A stretch of 61,422 nt of DNA, counting the filler, from Platydemus manokwari (lineage: Eukaryota): NCBI GenBank assembly GCA_037951405.1. It is 5 parts of 5 records of this genome, joined end to end, with 100 filler letters (N's around TTAATTAATTAA, not from the genome) between each part and the next. Parts side by side here need not be neighbours in the genome. Positions count along the whole stretch, not along the records: positions 46,037 to 61,422 come from JBBMOY011294761.1; 4 more parts are not named here. The stretch is one strand, 5' to 3'. Shown piece by piece: positions 54,601 through 61,422 of this stretch (positions are counted from its first letter, which is position 1; each line of letters begins with the position of its first letter). A program made the translations under genes and the position numbers. Below the pieces are notes generated by a model. That model ran no database searches. It was not told the origin of the DNA and worked only from the letters and a program-made list of their open reading frames with translations.

Positions 54601-55955
54601 TTATTGGTATTTTTAGCAAGGGTTATTATTTAATTTTAAGATAATTAATCCAAATTTATTATAATTATCTATTCACTGGAAATTTATTGTTTGGGTAAAA
54701 TTAATTTTGATAAAAGAAATGTTATCAGTTACTAGGTCTGACAGGATACGAGCTATTTTAATTATAATGATGAATTTCCTATTTGTTGAGATTTTTATTT
54801 TGATTACTGTCTAGTTCTTTCTTTTTGAATTTATTTATTGTTAAGGCTATACTTTATTATTGCAATGATTATCATAATAATAATAATAATTTTTATAATT
54901 TATTCTTCCTGGTATTTAACAAGACCTAATTAGCTCTCCAGTTTGAAAAAATGTATTTATGCTGAAATACAAAATGCGATAAAAACACATTAATACAATC
55001 ATAACATAAAAATTGTGGTATTTACACAAGAAAAGATTGAATCATGCAAATTTTTAGATCAGTGCAATTTTGACAAAACTTCGTTTATTATGATTTTGAG
55101 CTATTGGAACAAAACTGAAAGTTAGATGTCTATTTAAGCCATCATTTATCCTTAAGCTAAAATTCAGATTAATTTAGCAGCTAACTAATAATAGTGACAA
55201 GGTGCCTACGGTAAGAAAGATGTCTTTAAATCAATTAAAAATGAAGATATCTATTTGAATAATATTATCTAAATACCAAATAATCCTGGTTAAAGTAAAC
55301 TATTAATCTATTGAAATTTGAATAAAAAATTGTATTTTTGAAACAATAACGAAGCCCAAAAATCTTGGCCCAAATATGCTTTGTACCACTAGATTTAAGG
55401 AATACCGTTGATACCCGAGATTACCGAAAAAATCAGGTAAAAATGTGAATGAATATAAATATATGACTATCCATTAATAGTTACAACGGATAAACTATTG
55501 TTGGAAAATTTCGCAGAACCAATGCTAATCTCTTGAAATGAAACTAAAGTCCACTCTTCCACATACCAGATTGAATGAGTATTAATATTGAATGGGCTAC
55601 ATAATATCCACTCTAGGTTGAAATGTGTCTAGCTTGTTTATCTTCCATCATTACGCCATTATATATGTATTTTCCTGTGAGTTTTGAGCAGTTTCAAATT
55701 AAATTATAATTGTTTGATCCACCGGTTATCTTGTTTTGAAATGTTATTATTTATTTCATGCACTTTAGTATGCTTTTCCTTTATTTGCATAATTTTATTT
55801 TAATATAATGTTTATCTCATTACTATTTTTCTTATATTACCGCTTTTTGAGGATCAAATTATTTTATTGCTATCATAATTACAATTGTCATTGTTATTCT
55901 TGGCACTTTTGAGTAATGACTGAGAATTATAAATTCTCCAGAATTCTGATGACCC

Positions 55956-56137
55956 ATTGGGAGTAATTAACCTTATATTATGATGTTTATGCGTTTCAAT
56001 CACTTCTAATCCTCATAAGACAAGATGGGGGGCTCTAGACATTACACAATTTGTCTAGAGCCGCCCATCTTGTCTTATGAGAATTAGAAGTGATTGAAAC
56101 GCATAAACATCATAATATAAGGTTAATTACTCCCAAT
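55956..56137. repeat. Near-perfect 182-bp palindrome/hairpin (86-bp arms, 10-nt loop, 2 mismatches)
   Basis: Left arm 55956-56041, loop ttacacaatt, right arm 56052-56137. Confidence 0.97.
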
Positions 56138-59100
56138 TTACAGTTACACAAAAAAATATCAAAATACACAAAACGAAGAGTTTAATTTACAAATTCTCGA
56201 AAGTGGATAATTAATAAACTCCAAAGAGGAGTAAAATCAGTATTCAAGGTGATTGGGATTAACTCGATAAATAGGAAGAGTATACGATGTTGATGTTAAT
56301 TGTAAGATGATTTTATATATAGGATATCTTAAATTCCTTTCGACCCTTGACTTGATCTGATCAAGAAAATCTTCATAAAATTTCAACAAAGTTGATCTTC
56401 CAGTATGTATACTGGGCACATGCAATGAATTGAAGATTGTTGGTAAAAGGCTGGCTTTATGGCTTGAACAATCGGGCGCTTCTTAGTCTTTGAATGATGA
56501 GCTCTGGTAGGTTTTTGTTATGAGGGTTAAACTGTTCTTCATCTATTAACAAGTTTTTATTATTTTATCGTACTAAATTATATTATACACAAAAGGATTT
56601 TTTAAAAATAATTATTGTTTATTCATGATCTTATTTTTATATTAACAAAAGCTATTATATTTACTTCGAGAAGTTATTTAATTCAAGTTAGAATTAAATA
56701 ACATTGTTTGTTACTACGTGAGTTTGGGGTTTATATAGATGTGACTTAAATAAAAGTAATTTATTTTATATGGGCGATTCATCATTTTTATACGGGTAAT
56801 TTTTAGTTGTTAAGGCAATACTGGTTAACGTACTTACTAAATATTGTTATTAAATGTTTATAATTTATTTAAATTTTTCTCAAGATTTTCAATTGTCATC
56901 AACTTTTCAGATAAAACTATATTAATAATATAAAATTTTAAAATAGTAACGTAAAAATTTACCATTTCATCTCAAAACAAGGCAAGCTTCTTACATACGG
57001 TTAAGAAAGATTTTCACATCAATTCATCTCAATATTTCATGAAATTATCAATTACAATTCAGAGTCATTTTCTCAAAACCCCACAATTTCATTCATCGTA
57101 TTATTCCTTTATCTATACTTTAATGGCCTTGTTTATTATTGTTATCATATCTAATCCACCTTTTGCTTTTACCAAAAAATTATTTTGTAATTAAAAACAA
57201 AAATCAGATATAAACTACCAATTTTGGGAGGTAGACATGAGCAAAAATTCAGACCTATCTCAAATAAATATTAAAAACATAGTAGAGCAATATTCGTGAC
57301 CTATTTAGATCTAATCTGTAGTGAGTTTAAAAATTACAAATTAATATTGAATATTCAAGAATAAGTTACTAATTTAAAAGTGATGTTCCGGAATTATTAC
57401 AAATAAATTATAAGCAATGTAAATAAACAACTTAAAAAAAAACTAGTTGGAATGTTTCCAAAAAATATCAGAATAATAGAGAAAATGAATTGGTGATAAC
57501 GGGTAACTATTATGGCGATTTTCAATAATTGGTAATTTTGAATGGTCAGAGAAAGATGATAAAAAGTGCATAATATTGTGCAAAAAAATTAGTATATAAA
57601 CAGCTTCAATTTAGTATATGGTCATCAATAAAAGAAATCCAAAAAGACAAAACGATTAATAGGTTTAGATTAAACAAATAATATTAATAAATTATCTCAA
57701 CTTTTTGATACGTTATTTTTGAAATTTGTGAAACTGGTTTTGTTAATATTATGAAATTTTAAACCTGAAATTTCAAAATCATTAACATATTACTTAATCA
57801 TTGAAGATGAAATCTGAGATTCTGATTGACGAAAGTAAAAGTTAATATTGATTTTATATACATTTTTACGAAATCCGTTATTTAAAATCTATAATAATTC
57901 ATAAGAAACTTTGACAATCAGCCTAAACGTCTTTTTTGAAAAAAATTAATTGTTTTATATTTGAATTGGGGGTATTCGTGCTTAATATATTATTTTAATT
58001 AATTTGTGTTGCTTTTTTCCTTATATTACACATACGAATAGCCTATATTTAATTACGGATTGAACCTATCAGTTGGAAAAAGAACTGCAAATATTTTACA
58101 AACATCGCCAATACTTTAACACTAAAAATTTATTATACTATCGCTCATGATTTGAAGGAAATGGTTGGGTACCAGACCCAATCACAGATAGAAATAATAA
58201 TTAATATATATTTTTTTCAGAATATATCAAAAAATAAATTAATAAATAATAAAACACAAAGTGATAATAACTAATAATAGCAACACAAAATAAAAAATAA
58301 TATAATTAGAAAATGTAAAATAGAAAAATAGAAACACGGGCAATATAAAAGAGAAAAATAAGATAAATAGACCATAAAAACATCACACAATGCCTTTAAT
58401 AATGAACAGCCTTGAAATTATAAAAGGTGTACAAAATTATACTTAGTATAATTCATCTGAGGAAAATACCTGAACTATTAGAAAATCCTGGATCGTGGAA
58501 AATAAATTATTGAAACTATAAATATAGAACAATCTTAAGCAGTAGAAGAAGAATTTCATCACTAATATTATTTTGAGCATTATTGTTTGATACATTTAAT
58601 ATTGAACTTTAATTACGTCATCATCAAATTAAATGGATTGAGCCCAATCCAAAAACATTCTATTAATTGAATTAAATCTCATCATAAAATCATTAACAGA
58701 CAAGATGGGTTGATGGCACTCATAGGCTCAATCCTCAATACCCTAATGAGGAACTAGGGCCCTTGCGGCATAAATACGGGAGACTCAAAATAGTTTTTAT
58801 AGAAAACAATAGAGTCCTTTACCAAAAAACTAAAGAATACCTGGTTATTGTTTCAGCTAATTTACGATATATTATTTTACCATTGCTGTCTATATTTAAA
58901 TTGTAATTCTATATATTATTTTGTATTTCTGTTAATAATAATTAAACAGCATCTGTTATTTCATTTGAAGTCAGATATTGAATTTATAATTGAATTTGTA
59001 GTTTTAATTGATTTACATATTTCTTGGTTATCTCAATACGTGTTATATTAAATTTAAAAAATAATATTTTCTAAAACCACAAAGAAGCCAGAAAATGAAG

Positions 59101-61422
59101 CAAATATAAATTGCACAAATCGAATAAATAAAAATGACAGTCATAAAAATAAATAAAAGTTAACATTCATAAATAAATTTGTTATAAGCACTGTAAGTTA
59201 AAGTATTGTTTTTCAAATTGATCTTCTGATTGATGATGTTTGTACTGATTTACTGAAACAACGTGTCAGCATTAAAATGGACCCAGTAATAGACTGGGAC
59301 TAGTTGACTTTTGGTGTATTGATTTTCCAAGTTATTTTTATTGAAATATTCAGAAATCGATGTAGGCAATTGGGATTGATGAATGGATTATGGATGATGT
59401 AGTTATTGGTAGGGAGCAGTTAATTGTTGATGGAAATTACTATTTATGTTAGATGTCGCATAGTGGCTATTTTTTAAGTTATCAATAGACCTGGAGCCCA
59501 ACAAAATTTTAAAAATATATAATAGTTTTGAATTTAAAGGTTAAAATGACAACTTTTAATTTTGCATTAATAATAATTTTTTTTTAAAATGTACATTACC
59601 AACTGAAATCTTATATCTATCAAGTTGAATTACTGAAAAATATTTAAAACTGATTACCAAATACTAACCTAACAAGTATAAATATACTCAAAACTTTAAA
59701 CAAATATGTATGAATGAAAAACTTGTTTAAAAAAATCATAAGATTAAATTTTCATTTCCTTGACTAATAGGACTATTTTTGTATAATGTTTGGTATGAAT
59801 GAAAAATCCTATTTTAATTGTGTAACAAGTTGTATAACTTAAAACAAATCCTGGTTCTAAGTGTTACACAAGATTTAAGCTAAGTGTAAATAATGTGGAT
59901 ATAAATTAAAGCTTATTTTATTTATATGTGATGTAAATTAAATGTCGAATAAGTTTTACAAGAATTCGTTAAGATTGTGTATTACTTCAATGTCATTGGA
60001 ATCTTCCATTCAATGACAAGCCACAATAAGAAAAGTAAAATAAACACGGTCATCGACCCTAATTTTGTCCATGTCAGAAATATAGTTAAGAAAGGATAAA
60101 AATAAATATACACTACGAAATAAATGTAAATAGATAGGTAAAAATCTTTAGCTGACTTATTGTTATAATATTAGTTTTACCTTAATAATTTTGGTCTAAT
60201 ATCCATGAAAAACAAAAACTTTTATTAATAGAAAACACAAATTCCTAAATAATTGGAGACAGATCAAGAACTTTAACTTTAACAGGAAAATACTGATGAA
60301 TTGTGAAAGTTAATTTTTTAATAAATATTTTATAATTTGAAAGTTCTCGAAAATTTCTAATAATCTCGAATATATATAAAATAGTGTGCATTACCGAGAG
60401 ACTACTTTAAATTATTGAGATACTTGAAATAAAATTCTTTCGTGGCACAAACTTAAACTTATACGGTTTATGATTGTATAGAAATTGATATTATCAACAT
60501 CTTTCTTTCACATTATCTTTAGCATAAATTGAAGCCTGTGTTTGGTTTTTAATTATTTTTGAATTTTTGTCAATTGTATGAAGAAACCATTAAAAATTAG
60601 AGCTGCTTCTACAGCTTTCTTAATAATTATTTAAAATCCAATAATTTGAATAAAATTTTTTATTATAAATAAATTCAATTTTTCATTTTTGATTTCTTTC
60701 TTCTTATATAAATCAAATTCTTCTCCCAAAATAAAGTAGTAGCAATTGAAAATTTTCAACTATGTGCATAAAACAAGAACTCAAATAATATAAAAGCAAA
60801 TTATTTCCGAATCTTGTTTAAGAATCAATTATTGAACTAAATTATTTTAAAATTTAAATTTTCACTTCATCACAACATGATGTTCACAGTATGAAGGGTT
60901 ATTACGATGTGGTGATCGAATCTTTGATAATTTCTAACGATTAGTATTGAAGATGATATTGAGTCGACCATTTTATGATTTGTTTGTTGTTAAATTCTAA
61001 AGTACCCGACTTTATTCAAATTCACTAGGCAGTCGTCACAACGCCATAATCCCTTCTTAAAGAAGACTATTCTTATTATTCAATTTTATTTACCCTGTAG
61101 TCTCCTCTTTACTGTAAGGGGTCGGGTTTTGTTCGTTTCTACCTAGTCATGACCACCATATTACAAATGCTGCTTCTTTCGAAATGAAACACAACTTACA
61201 TGTAATGAAAACTGTGCATAGATAACAACATTCACAAGGGTAGAGTTTATTCATTTTTCGAAATTTCGGAAAAATCCTGAAGAATATTTAAGCTTATTTC
61301 TACAAAAGATCAATTAATAATTTATCCATTGTTTTAATTAAATTACAATTAATTGACAATATACGAGGCTATTAAATAATTTTGAGAATGTATTTTAAGA
61401 AATTACTGGAATAAATATAACA

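Overview
Very AT-rich eukaryotic genomic DNA, most likely a dugesiid planarian (inferred from the innexin, the EF-hand protein, an NK2.1 protein resembling planarian Dth-2 as I recall it, and 42-57 bp introns). It is five contigs joined by four artificial 100-bp spacers (N44-TTAATTAATTAA-N44), so adjacency across gaps is not biological evidence. Spliced genes reconstructed by hand: an innexin (2 exons, 439 aa), a four-EF-hand calcium-binding protein (3 exons, 140 aa), an MFSD13A/TMEM180-like transporter (7 exons, 472 aa) and an NK2.1-class homeobox gene (3 exons, 366 aa). The most interesting item is largely missed by the ORF track: two intact head-to-head paralogues (13577-14735 minus, 17234-19000 plus), each encoding a 182-aa secreted protein of only signal peptide + PAN/apple + one kringle. 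This is the layout of the HGF NK1 fragment, with no protease domain. The two proteins are about 71% identical while part of their upstream DNA is about 95% identical, and a decayed Polinton/Maverick-type polymerase fragment lies between them. Also present are an intronless twin-HTH ORF, a near-perfect 182-bp hairpin related to a decayed ORF 2 kb away, a cluster of NK2-binding motifs upstream of the NK2.1 gene, a MITE, and Gypsy, hAT and pogo remnants. All calls come from reading the sequence; no searches were run.
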